The notes under the pieces were generated by a model. It worked only from the letters and a program-made list of their open reading frames with translations, made no database searches and had not been told where the DNA came from. Shown in pieces: positions 1 through 13,044 of a stretch of 64,000 nucleotides of DNA (positions are counted from its first letter, which is position 1; the number at the start of each line of letters is the position of its first letter). A program made the position numbers and the translations under genes. The stretch covers positions 100,316,001 through 100,380,000 of the forward strand of contig NC_043004.1 in NCBI RefSeq assembly GCF_006345805.1, written 5' to 3'. This DNA comes from Octopus sinensis. Taxonomy: Eukaryota.

Positions 1-650
1 AGGGTTATGCATATAAATATGTGTGGGATAAAATATTGGCTTGTACGCTTTTATCTATAGAGTTTGTGGTGCTACAAAGCACAAACACACACACACACAT
101 ACATTTACATACAGACGTACAATCACAAATATAAATGTATACAGTTATACAACTTAAGATATGTTTAAGTTTGGCGGCGTGTATGCACAGTATGTATATA
201 TGTATGTACACACACACACACTCATACGCAGACACACACACAAGTACACTCATATACAGTATAAAAACCGGCTTTACTCACAGTATGAGAAGCTGCAGTA
301 AGTGACCTGAAGTTTTTAATGAAAGTATACCCAGTTTAACATAGCATTGTCTGATTTCGATTGGAAAGTTAACATTCCTGTAACTTGAAATATCAGTATG
401 CTTCTAGCTGTCTAGAGTGTAATAAAGGCGCTCTCTTATAGGGATGCGTTAAATATGTATGTCATATTAAATAATTTAATTGTGTATATGACTTGTATAA
501 GATCCAAGTGTATATAATAAAAACAGGGTTTTATTCTTCGGAAACAGAATGAGTAGAAGAAATTTTAAATAGTGTAAAATATTTATCGTTTACTACAAGC
601 CGTGGTTCAAGAAGGTATATGCCCATGAGTGCCGGTTGAGTATATATATT

Positions 651-1062
651 CTTTTACTCTTTTACTCTTTTACTTGTTTCAGTCATTTTGACTGCGGCCA
701 TGCTGCAGCACCGCCTTTAATCGAGCAACTCGACCCCGGGACTTATTCTTTTTTGTAAGCCCAGTACTTATTATATCGGTCTCTTTTGCCGAACCGCTAA
801 GTAACGGGGACATAAACGCACCAGCATTGGTTGTCAAGCAATGCTAGGGGGACAAACACAGACACACAAACACACACACATACATACATACATACTTATA
901 TGCGACGGGCTTCTTTCAGTTTCCGTCTACCAAATCCACTCACAAGGCTTTGGTCGGCCCGAGGCTATAGTAGAAGACACTTGACCAAGGTGCCACGCAG
1001 TGGGACTGAACCCAGAACCATGTGGTTGGTAAACAAGCTACTTACCACACAGCCACTCCTGC

Positions 1063-1066
<4 letters not shown>
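651..1066 (-). mobile_element. tRNA-derived SINE family A, full length
   Basis: Minus strand begins AGTCGCAGGAGTGGCTGTGTGGTAAG (box A-like) with GGGTTCAGTCCC (box B-like), then a CORE-like GGCACCTTGGTCAAGTGTCTT segment, a central (CA/TA) microsatellite and a (AAAAGAGT)n tail. Near-identical copies occur at 3133, 13788, 27211 and 52098. Confidence 0.9.
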
Positions 1067-1105
<39 letters not shown>

Positions 1106-1522
1106 AACATATACATTTATATATAGAGGCGCACTATATACTGTCACATGACAACAACGCACGAACGTAGCCGCAAACGCACAAACGTTTATAAAATTAA
1201 TCATGTGTTAATTCTCTACAAACACTTGACAGTGTGCTATCTCAGTGGTGGTCTTTAAGATATTATTTGGCAGTTTGTGTCATTTCAATGAAGCCCACTC
1301 AATCGCAAGCACTGACACCACGTTTCCAGTGTGGGAACAATTTCCTTTCACCCTCAAACCAATGTCTGCCTTGTTGTAGCGTGTCATGCGAAAACATGGA
1401 CATAAATAACTATCTGCTGCATTTCTAGAAAATCCAAAACCTTGTGTGTAGGTGTGAGAGAGAGAGAGATAGAGAGATAGAGAGAGGGAGAGAGTTTGTG
1501 TGCGTGTACGTATGCGTGTACC

Positions 1523-1927
1523 CTTTTATCGTTTACTTGTTTCATTCATTAGACAGCGGCCATGCTGGTGCACCGCCTTGAAGTATTTTAGCCGAATGAA
1601 TAAACTCTATTACATACGTATATTTTTAAAGTCCGGTACTTATTCTGTCGGCTCTATTGCCGAACCACTAAGTTACTGAGATATAAAAACATTTTGTCGG
1701 GATATAGTAGGGAAGAAACAGACACATGCACACACACACACACACACACACACATACATACATATTTATATGCGACGGGCTTCTTTTCAGTTTCCGTTTA
1801 CCAAATCACAAGGCTCTGGTGCATACGAGGCCAAAGTAGAAGACGCTTGCCCAAGGTGCCACTTCATGGAGTTGAACCCAACACCATGTGATGGGAAGGA
1901 ATCTTCTTACACACAAGGAGACCTGCA
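1523..1927 (-). mobile_element. SINE family A, diverged copy
   Basis: Colinear with 651-1066 but with many substitutions. Confidence 0.8.
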
Positions 1928-2326
1928 TTTAAAATGAAAAATAAATATTTCAAGGCATAGTGTTCGAAGCTCTAGCTACCAATCCATGGCTTGTATCATC
2001 TGAATATGAGTCATCCGATCTTCCATCGTTTCATTTATCTACTCCGTTAATTATCGAATAAGTGGCTGAGTATTCCACTGACATGCGTAGTCTGACAGTG
2101 TCAATGTGAGAGTGCGTAATACGTTACGGTAGATGCTATATTGTATGTACAATTCATCGGATTTTTCTTCCGTTCACCCAATTTCGCCAAAATGCCTTGT
2201 GTTGATTCGAAGATAGAGCAAAAGATATTTAATCGCAGCATCGCGCACCAGGATCGAAACTACGATCCCATAAAAGCAAATGAAACTTCTATAGCGTTAG
2301 GCCAATATGTGCTTACTTAGGCTTAG

Positions 2327-2362
<36 letters not shown>

Positions 2363-2599
2363 CCGGAGTAAACACATAAATGTGAAACAAGGTGGAAAAA
2401 AAGAGTACGCAAATACAAATGGTAGAGTAATATGCTTTATTTAAAGCAGCAGAAAATTCAACAAAACCTGTTACTCTGAGTTTCCCGTTGCCATTCATCG
2501 GACAGTTTTTGCTAGATTCTAGCAAAAACTGTCCGATGGACGGCAACGGGAAACTCAGAGTAACAGGTTTTTTTGAATTTTCTGCTGCTTTAAATAAAG
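2363..2599. mobile_element. Penelope-like terminal-repeat element, family P1, with inverted partial copy (palindrome 2435-2599)
   Basis: About 80-bp inverted arms around a 3-nt loop, flanked by (TA)n. A homologue lies at 47229-47435. Each arm contains a hammerhead-like motif. Confidence 0.6.
2463..2509 (-). ncRNA. Minimal type I hammerhead-like motif (CCGAUGA core)
   Basis: Minus strand reads AAAACTGT-CCGATGA-ATGGCAACGG-GAA-ACTCAGAGT-A-ACAGGTTTT. Stem I is CTGT/ACAG, stem III is the self-complementary ACTCAGAGT, and the cleavage triplet is GUA. Confidence 0.55.
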
Positions 2600-2777
2600 T
2601 ATATATGTATATATATGTATACTTATGTATGTACAAATATCCATAATTATATATGTTTGTATATATATATATATACATAAACACACATATACATACATAC
2701 AGACAGGCAGACGGACAGACAAATAGATACATAAGTAGATAGATAGATAGATTGAAAGATAGATAGATAGATAGATT

Positions 2778-2844
<67 letters not shown>

Positions 2845-3132
2845 TTACTATATACGCATATCTGCATGTAGCTACACACGTGCAAGGGCTTATATAAATG
2901 AATATACATGTATACATATACTCACACACGCTAATATGTGTGTGTATATGCGTATGTGCATATAGTGTATGTATATATGTACATCTACGAGCAAACTCAC
3001 ACAGCACACACAGCTGTACGTATTATGTGCATTGTGTGCACGCATGTGAGTGTGTTCATATAATAGTTTTGATTGTTAGGCTCTGTAAATATATTATGAT
3101 GCAAATGTTATATGTGGTGTTGGTGATGGAGA

Positions 3133-3553
3133 TACTCTTTACTCTTTTTTTACTCTTTTACTTGTTTCAGTCATTGGACTGCGGCCATGCTGGAGCACCG
3201 CCTTTAATCGAGCAACTCGACCCCGGGACTTATTCTTTTGTAAGCCCAGTACTTATTCTATCGGTCTCTTTGGCCGAACCGCTAAGTGACGGGGACGTAA
3301 ACACACCAGCATCGGTTGTCAAGCAATGCTAGGGGGAGAAACACATACACACAAAGACATATACACACATATCTATATATACATATATACGACAGGCTTC
3401 TTTCAGTTTCCGTCTACCAAATCCACTCACAAGGCATTGGTTGGCACGGGGCTATAACAGAAGAAACTTTCCCAAGGTGCCACGCAGTGGGACTGAACCC
3501 GGAACCATGTGGTTGGTTGGCAAGCTACTTAACACACAGCCACTCCTGCGCCT
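3133..3553 (-). mobile_element. SINE family A, full length
   Basis: Colinear with 651-1066; head AGGCGCAGGAGTGGCTGTG. Confidence 0.9.
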
Positions 3554-4576
3554 AATACTAATTATATTTTTGATGTATATGGTAGCGATGTTGTCATTAT
3601 TTATCATTCTTGTTGCTGATGATGATATACGTTTCATTGTCGCTCGTTTACTTGTTGTTGTTTAATATTTGCAGCGCTATCCTCTACTCACAATGGTCTA
3701 TATTAGCTCATTAATTTCACAATTTTAGCAGATTATCACAATCAATTTCAACTCATTGGTATATTTAAAATATCTCATTAAATATCTTCAAGTTTAATTA
3801 GTATGTTTAAGATATCTAGACGCCATTTTAAATTCGTGTAACGGAAACTGGATAATAATCTGTAGCAAAGGCGGAAAAAAGCGATAAGGAACTAATACTG
3901 TAATATGGAATAACTTATAACAAAGCCTAGAAAAATACCGTGGAATGTCAGAAATAGAACCAACGAACTAAGCTAAAGGAAAATATTTTGGATTGATTAA
4001 TGAGCAATAAAATACTCGTTTTATTCTTCATCTGACCGGAAATATGGGCGTTCCAGGAGTTTAAATCGCTGCCCCACCCACTGGACAAATATTACAGAAT
4101 GTGCTTTGACGGGTTAACATCCAACTTGAACTAATTAAATTTTACAAGCCATGTCGCGTTTTTTTACATTAGTTTCACCCTCTTGGTTGTAACTATAGTA
4201 TGGTATTGATATCTTTAATATTTAACGTGTTTTACTCATTGGACTACGCCCATACTTGAGCACAGCCTTGAAGGAGCTAGTCAGTCAAATGCTTAGATAT
4301 GGTATTTAGTGAATCAGTCTCTTTTGCAGAACTACAAATTTATTAGGACGTAAACAAAGCAGCACCGGTAGTCAAGCGGTGGGGAACAAGCTCAACAGAG
4401 ACTTAGTCACACAAACTTATATGTGTGTATGTAGGTTTGTGTGACTAAGTTTCTGTTGTGCTTGTTCCCCACCGCTTGACTACCGGTGATCACCGTGACC
4501 GACCAGGCTATCAGATGTTGCTACACATCGCCGGTCACAATGCGCTTCGCATTGTTTTACCATTCAAATGACGCCA

Positions 4577-4610
<34 letters not shown>

Positions 4611-4765
4611 TACCGTGATCGCCTTGACCAACGAGGCTATCAGATGTTGCTACACATCGCTGGTCACAATGCGCTTCGCATTTTTTAGCCTTCAAATGAC
4701 GCCACCCCGCTGTCTAAGAGAGCAGGCCAACAGAAAGTTGTGACGAAAGAGTACTGCATGGATCA
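4611..4765 (-). mobile_element. SINE family C, 3' half (tail also duplicated at 4483-4577)
   Basis: Reverse complement matches 17285-17430 (CTGTTGGCCTGCTC...GCGATGTGTAGCAACATCTGA...GATCAC). Confidence 0.75.
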
Positions 4766-4769
4766 ACTG

Positions 4770-4952
4770 ATAGATCGCTAGCCACTACACATCTTTATTT
4801 TCTCTCCCTGTTTCTTTCTGTGTTCCTTTTTGTAGAAGAGCGTAGGCTCGAAATGTTAAAGACTTTTTCACTTCCCGAGCGTTAAACTAACACATTTGTT
4901 TGTTGTCTACACCACCTGTCTTCGTCTTTTGTTTTATTTTTGTGAATTCTCC

Positions 4953-4957
<5 letters not shown>
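4770..4957 (+). mobile_element. Penelope-like terminal repeat, family P2
   Basis: Homologous to the reverse complement of 63728-64000. Both copies end in (TA)n and carry GAGCGTAGGCTCGAAA. Confidence 0.5.
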
Positions 4958-4998
<41 letters not shown>

Positions 4999-7856
4999 AA
5001 GCGCATGCTAAGGGCTTCGTTTTGTTTCCGTCTACTAAACCCACTCACAAGGCTTTGGCGGTCGACCAGGGATGTAGTAAAAAATACTTGCCCAAGTTGC
5101 CATGACTGTTTTGCAAATATCTATGACTTTTGCAACGTAACCTAGACTAAACATTTACAGTCAGTATTTGTACGAAATACATGTGTGTGTGTGTGTGGGG
5201 GGGGGAATTAGTTGGTTGTGTTGAGAGAAAATTAATGACGTATAAATATACATCGTTGAGTTAATTCCATAGAATATACTAAGGAATGAGGCGACAGTGA
5301 GAAATCGAATGGGTAAGAGTTTTACTGAAGTTTATGTTTCTGACAAAGTATGAATCACCAAATTATTCTATAAGAGATTTGGGAATGAACCACAATAAAA
5401 AAATATTTCTTTGAATATATACATATATATGTTGTTGTTTTTTTCATAATTACGCTGCTGAATATTGTTTGGGCTTAAAATCTAAAATGTTAATACCATC
5501 AATATTAATAACGTAATTTACATTACAGTTAATGTATAATTAACATTGATTTTTTTTTCTATCTTCATATCAATACCCATTAAATTTTCGTATTTGAGTT
5601 TGTTTTTTTGTTTTTTTGTTTTTACTTCCCCTTGTTGATTATTTTAAGTTTTGTCAGTCTTCGAACGTTACGTTGCTGAAGTGCCCATACCTGTATCATA
5701 AATCATACGAATCATTTATACGAGGTAAATATAATTAAGCTCAAACTGGAGATACGAGATAACTTAAACCGAGATCACGTTGATTTCTTAGTTTTGGTTT
5801 CCGTTCCAAACAATCATCAAATCAAAATTAAGGATGTTAAAACCTCTCTGCCTGAAGCGTCATCTTAACATAGTCTATCAATTTTCTAAACAGTTACCAC
5901 CCCACTCCAAGAGAGCAGATAATCAATATTTTCCAGGAATTTTAGTTTCCCCTTCACCAATGCATTTATGGTTAGATCTACAGAGCAAGTAATGTCATAT
6001 GCTGTGTGAGGTACGATACAATTTATTATAGTAGGATAGGTGTAATGCGTCATATGCATTTATTGATGAAACCTAATGGCTGTTGTAAAATTTATAAATT
6101 CAGAGGCTTTCTTGCAGTCCTAGAGTTAAGGTGAGAAGAAAGGTCACATTTGACAGTGATCCACTATTTGAGGTGTGTTGCTTACTGAATGTTTGCCAAC
6201 CTACTCGAATGTTATTATCCGGTGTTTGATCATAAAAGACTCTTCTAGGTATATGAACGTTTGCTGACATGTGAGCTACGTTGGGAAACCGCAGTGTCAG
6301 ATGTGTGAGCAATACTCCGGCAACTAAACGTATCCAGCATGTTGGATTTCGTGAAAATGACCTTCTAGTTTGCATTTCTAGCAACGAAAACCTTCTGTGC
6401 GAGTAAAAAACATTACTGTAATCTTTTTTTTTAAAGATTGACTGTGTGGTACATGAAGAACGGCCAATTGTGCAATTGATATAAGCAAAAAAATACGAAA
6501 TGTGTGTGAAGAGGTTAGTTAGTTCAAGCGATACGAGTTGAAATTCTCTTCGGGTGTTTCTTGGAGCCTCTGGACATGATACTTCTGTCTCTGTGTATAA
6601 AACCACCCCACTTTCAATAAAGGTTACATGTAGGACGAATATATCTTACCATATCTTTCTTATTTGGAGAAAAAATTTGGCCGTAGTCAGCTCAAGATAA
6701 CAAAAAAGTGGAGATAGATGCCATTTCTTTGAGATTCTGTTTTTGAAAGAATTTATTCTATTTTTTTTTTCTTCAGATAAATCATTTTGTGGGGCAAGAG
6801 ATGTTGCGAGCTACATTCCTAACAAAGATCAAACCTGGGCCTGGGCCTACTACTTGAGCATATTACAATAATGCTCTTCACCATCTCCCAAAACAATTTG
6901 GGTTTTATCAGTTGGCAATTTCAACAACAAAGTCTAAATGCAACATCTTAAATGCCATCAATATCAACAAAGGGTTTCACTCCATTTCTTATTATCTATT
7001 AAATGGTAATACACTAACCGTTTTATAGAAGCACAAACGACTGTATATTTAGCTATTCCTAACGTTGTCAAGACTGCGTACTCTACAATAATATAACGCT
7101 TACAGATTTTCCATCATACTGCAACCATTTGTGTCCTCACCTACTATTTTTGAATAAGAATAGGCAATCTGCCTACTGATTTCGAAGACATACGTTCAGT
7201 ATCCCAAAGAGATGACAACCGTAGTCACGTCAATCTACCGGTCTTTACACTTAGCTGCACACTCATCTAAACCGACATCACCTAACAAGAGCCCTGGTTT
7301 CAACAAGCCCAAACTGATCGCTAATCCGGTAAGACATAGCTGATAAATCTCCATATTATCGAATCCCACTTCTCCTTTCTGAAGGGAAAAATGAGCACTA
7401 AATAACATTTGATAAGCGTTTATAGATGTTTAGAAATGAAGGTATTTCGGATTTCGGTGTGAGTCTATATCATGTAGACGAAAATCTCTAAAGTACGTTG
7501 TGTTTTATTTTTAAATAATAGGTATACAAATGAATTTTTTCCAACCAAAAGGCCATAACTTCTGGTTTTTCAACGGCATGCATAAGTTCAGTGTAGTTTA
7601 TATTGAAGAGGTGCTTCTATAGCATAAATCGAATTGTGTGTGAGAGAGAGACAGACAGATAGACAGAAAGACAGAGAGACAGAGAGATAGGTAGAGAGAC
7701 AGAGAGAAAGACAGAGCGACAAGAGACAGACAGACAGTGAGACAGTGAGACAGAGAGAGAGAGAGAGAGAGAGTTTAATGGCAACAATGCATTCAATATC
7801 TGTGAATATAAGAGAAGTTACGTTTAGTGTAACCAAGAAATATCTACTATATTTTT

Positions 7857-8878
7857 GCTGAAAATTTTCCCCAATTATTTTTCGAAAATTTTCACCGAAA
7901 ATTTTACCCAAAAATTTTTCGAAAATTTTCACCATAAATTTTTCGAAAGTTTTACCCAAAAATTTTTCGAAAATTTTCACCCAAAATTTTTCGAAAATTT
8001 TACCCAAAAATTTTTGGAAAATTTTCAGCAACAATTTTTCGAAAATTTTTGCCGAAAATTTTCCTCAAGAATTTTTCGAAAATTTCGGTGAAAATTTTTG
8101 GGTATAATTTCCGGTGAAAATTTTCGAAAAAATTTTGGGTAAAATTTTCGGTGAAAATTTTCGAAGAATTTTTGAGTAAAATTTTTCACCGAAAATTTCC
8201 GAAAAGTTTTTGGGTAAAATTTTCGAAAAATTTTTGGGGAAAATTTCGGTGAACATTTTTGGGTAAAATTTTCGAAAAACTTTTGGGTAAAATTTTCGGT
8301 GAAAATTTTCGAAAAATTTTGGGGGAAAATTTTGGGTGAAAATTTTCGAAAAATTTTTGGTTAAAATTTTCGGCAAAAATTTTCGAAAGATTTTTGGGTA
8401 AAATTTTCGGTGAAAATTTTCGAAAAATTTTGGGGGAAAATTTCCGGTGACAATTTTCGAAAAATTTTTGGGGAAATCTTTCGTGGAAAATTTTCGAAAA
8501 ATTTTTGGGTAAAATTTCTGCAAAAATTTTCGAAAAATTTCGGTGAACATTTTTGGGTAAAATTTTCGAAAAACTTTTGGGTAAAATTTTCGGTGAAAAT
8601 TTTCGAAAAATTTTGGGGGAAAATTTTGGGTGAAAATTTTCGAAAAATTTTTGGGGAAAATTTCGGTGAACATTTTGGGGTAAAATTTTCGGTGAGAATT
8701 TTCGAAAAAGTTTTGGGTAAAATTTTCGGCAAAAATTTTCGAAAGATTTTTGTGTAAAATTTTCGGTGAAAATTTTCGAAAAGTTTTTGGGGAAATCTTT
8801 TTCGAAAATTTCCGGTGAAAATTTTCGAAAAATTTTTGGGGAAATCTTTCGTGGAAAATTTTCGAAAAATTTTTGGGT
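7857..8878. repeat. A/T-tract minisatellite of 12-13 bp subunits with about 37-bp higher-order unit; orientation flips near 8065-8086
   Basis: Units AAAATTTTCG(A), AAAATTTTTGGGT and AAAATTTTCGGTG after about 8086; their reverse complements (ACCCAAAAATTTTTCG, CACCGAAAATTTT) before about 8065. Confidence 0.9.
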
Positions 8879-10875
8879 AGGAGATCGAAAAAAGGCTGCA
8901 ACAATCCTATGTGAAGAAGAAAGCAGACAAAGAAGCCTGGGTTATAAAAAACATTAAATCAAACCCAAAGGCCTTCTTTCATTACGCGAAAGAAACAGTG
9001 TCAGTGCACTACAAGATCGGACCCCTCCTCCAAAAAGATGGCTCCCTCACAGACAGTCCAACTATGATCAGTGAGATGCTGAATGACCAGTTCAAAAGTG
9101 TCTTTACCACCCCGTCGGAACACAGACAAGTGAACGAACCAGTAGACTTCTTTGCCGCCTCACCTATAACCAGCGAGGCGGTTACAAATGTATTGACATT
9201 AGCGAAAAAGATGTCCTACTAGCCATAGATGAAGTGGACACAAACTCAGCTGCTGGTCCAGCCATCCTCCTCAAAGCGTGTATGCATGCCCTGGCAAAAC
9301 CCCTCAAGATTCTCTTCCAGAGCTTTGTTGCGAATGGCAAACTGCCAAGCAAGCTGAAGGAGGGAATAATAAGCCCAATACATAAAGGGGGAAGTAGAGC
9401 AGATGCCAAAAACTATAGGCCTATCTCTCTGACTTCACACATCAGCAAAATCATGGAACGGATAGTCAGAAAGAAACTAATCGCATTCCTTGAGGAAAAT
9501 AACTTGCTGAGTAATACACAGCATGGTTTTCGACCAGGTAGGAGCTGCCTGACCCAGCTCTTACAGCATTATGACTGGGTGTTGAGGCAGTTACTCAACA
9601 AATCAAATGTGGACGTAATCTACCTTGATTTTGCAAAAGCTTTTGACAAGGTGGATCATGGTATGATATGCCACAAACTACGTGACCTCGGCATAGCTGG
9701 AAAACTTGGAGTGTGGTTGCATGACTTCCTGAAAGATAGGAGTCAGGCAGTAGTGGTTAATGGAGCCACCTCTATGAACACACAAATAGTGAGCGGTGTT
9801 CCACAGGGCACGGTCTTGGGACCACTGCTTTTTATAGTAGCCCTCTCAGATATGCCCTCAAATACCCGGATAGCCACTCTGGCCAGCTATGCAGACGATA
9901 CGAAAGTCTCGCAGAAAATACAGAACCCCAGCGATGTTGCACACCTGCAGCAGGAGTTGGACTCAATCAACAGATGGGCTGAGGATAATAACATGCAGTT
10001 TAATGCTGAAAAATTCCAGTCCCTGCGCTACCAGCATCCAAAACTGAATATTAAACTTACAGGATACACCGGTCCACAGGGAATTTCAATCCCAGAGCCT
10101 AAGTCTGTAAGGGACCTGGGTATCGACATGAGTGATGATACCTCTTTCCAAGTGCACATTACCAGGATGGCGACAAATTGCAGACGACTGGCTGGGTGGA
10201 TCCTAAGAACATTCAGAACCAGAGATAAGGAAACCATGATGATCCTCTGGCGGACATTCATCCTCAGTCGCCTGGATTACTGGTCACAGCTATGGTCACC
10301 CACCAGTGTAAAATTAACAGCGGACCTTGAAGCAATCCAGAGAAGATTCACAAAGAAGATCGTCTCTTTGCAACAGCTCAGCTACTGGGAAAGGTTGAAA
10401 CAGCTAAGACTCTACTCCCTGGAGAGAAGACGGGAGAGGTATGCAGTAATATATGTCTGGAAGATCCTGGAAGGAATTGTGCCAAATTTTGGCATTGTAA
10501 GCTACACCAATGCTAGAACGAGACGACACTGCATAGTGCCAAAGATCCCAGCAATGCCATCACGCTTCCGGACCAGCTTTAGCAACAGCCTGGGTTTCAA
10601 GGGGCCACAGTTTTTTAATATTCTCCCAACGAGTCTGAGGAACTTGCACAAATAGATGTAGCGGTTTTTAAATCAAAGCTGGACATCTTCCTGTCAAGAG
10701 TCCCAGATGAACCTACCTCACGGCAAGAGGTGCAAATGAGAGTAGCTGTATCAAACTCCATTCTTCACCAAGTGCCACGTATTAGACGAGGTTCGTCGTA
10801 ATAACAGTGTAGCACAAAACGGCGGTGCATCAGCATGGCCGCAGCTCTGAGCTGAAACTAGAAAAAGAAAAAAAA
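8879..10875 (+). mobile_element. 5'-truncated CR1-clade non-LTR retrotransposon; reverse transcriptase ORF2 with two frameshifts
   Basis: Linker IKSNPKAFFHYAK (8911-9222). ORF 9234-10655 has RT motifs NYRPISLTS, QHGFRPGRSC, YLDFAKAFDKV, GVPQGTVLGPLLF, YADDTK and RDLGI. The C-terminus FKSKLDIFLSRVPDEP follows in another frame after about 10650. The 3' end has a stem-loop and an A-rich tail. Confidence 0.92.
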
Positions 10876-12951
10876 TACATGTACATATTTATAAATAATT
10901 ATTTATACATATATATATGTATAATTATATATATATATATACAATTATACACAGGTACGCACATACACACACATTTATATATATACATACATATATACAT
11001 ACATACAATACATTCACAAATATACGCACGCATGTTCGAACACAGAGACGCACGTGCATAGATTAAGGACACCTGTATTGAAAGACACGCGATCGTTGAT
11101 GCAAATGAGCAGACGCTTTCTGTGTTTGTTCAGAACTAAAGACGGCTTGCATGGCGGCTGTAACACATGAGTTGATTTATACAAAGACTGGCCTTTCACA
11201 TTTGGCTTTCGAGTGTCGAAGAAGACATTTTATTGTGAACTATTTCTGTGGTGATGATGGGGATGGAGATATAATGCTGGCAACAGAAAAGGCAAAGTTA
11301 CAGGTCCAACCTTACAGTCTCACGCAGAGTTATATGAAATATAGCAAAAGGAATCCATTTTATCAAGACATCTGAAATGATCGAATGGCTTTAGGAAGAT
11401 AATTTATGGCACTTCTTTAGAACAGCAGTAATGCATAGACAGCATTGAAAAGTCAACTTTGCAATACATTGACTAGCCATTGTCCAGCAAAGGTTTGGTA
11501 AACGATCTGTTTCTGATATAGGGGCATAGCTGTGAAGTGCGTAGACAGAAATACATAGCTTCGAGGATAGAATTATGCATATATAACAAGGAGTAAATAT
11601 TGATATCTAGAAATATTTACATAAAGGTGCGAGGATAAACGTATACACACACACATACATGAATATATGCACATAGCTACACGAAGCTGATGTATGTTCT
11701 CGTATATTATTTATAAATAGATGTTTTTATATACATCTATAAATTGATGAATATCAATCTATTTTTCGATCTTATTCGTTGCTTATGGTGTGGTCTCTAT
11801 GTGAATGTGAGTGTATGTGCTTTTATATTTATACGCCTGAATGTACCTATATGTAAGTATGCATGTATATATGTATGTATGTACGTATGTATGTATGTAT
11901 GTACGTACGTATGTATGTATGTATGTATAAATGTCGTTTGGTTTTAATTTTACAGATTTCTCACCAAGAGAGAGAATGAGAAGATTTCAAACACTGTGTC
12001 AAGTCTCTGGCACTGTCATTTAAAGGTATCTGTTCATATAAGCATATTGCAAGGAAGGATATCTCAACATATGTGGCCTAATACATTATGATTCAAGCAT
12101 TTCTATCTGTACTTGCCTGTCTACGCGTATATATGTCTACATACTGCAGGCTAAACTTCAGAAGTGTTTTACTAACAGTAACTTCGTAATTAGCCGTTAT
12201 TTTCCATTTTCTCAATGTTTTACCTGTTTTCACAGTTCCATTAATGGCTTGTAACCGTAATTTCCTAATTAGCCATCTCCTTTCCTATTTTGTGAATCTC
12301 AGCTTCTCAAGAGGCAGCTAATTCTATATGCAAGAGCTTCAATAATTACAGGTGTAATTCTCAAGCTAAAGGCCAGGTGATCTGTAGATTTTCCATTAGT
12401 TCGCTTTCGACATTTACATTTTCACAAATCTACGTTATGTTAACACTTGCTTAACATTTGATTTACACTACTATTCAACACTTCTTTTTTCTCTGTCCTA
12501 CATCATTGTCTGCTCTGTCAAGCCTACATTTTACTAAGATTTTAAAAGGGATCATTCTACCAGTAATTTTATATTATAAGAGAGTACGTCATCAATGTCA
12601 CTTTATATAATATTTTTATTTAACACGTTAACATTTTATCAAATATTCACATTATAACATGACGTTACAAAACTTTATAAGATTACATAGACATTTTATA
12701 CTTATTTTCATTGGAATAGAAACGATAGCTAGTTATTTGCAGAAGTTCTCTCCAAAACTGTTTTGCAGCATATACACTGTATATGATCTGATCGTTAACA
12801 CTAAAGATACTTGATACAATATATCTGGTAGATGATTGCACATGTTGCGTTTGAATATGAGCCAAAAGGCTAAATTTGACTCTAGATGTTACCGATAATT
12901 ATATCATTCTGCATGTGTTTGTGTATAATATGTGTACATATATACATAGAC

Positions 12952-13044
<93 letters not shown>

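Noticed and set aside
6130-6260. mariner-like KVT..TV...EGVLLTECLP
   Set aside because: It needs several frameshifts and no TIRs were found; too degenerate to call.
7857-8878. CRISPR-like array
   Set aside because: There are no unique spacers, the units are degenerate tandem repeats, and the context is eukaryotic with no cas genes.
7588-8957. Long KIF/ENF/PKF-rich ORFs
   Set aside because: They are read-through of the A/T-tract satellite in several frames at once.
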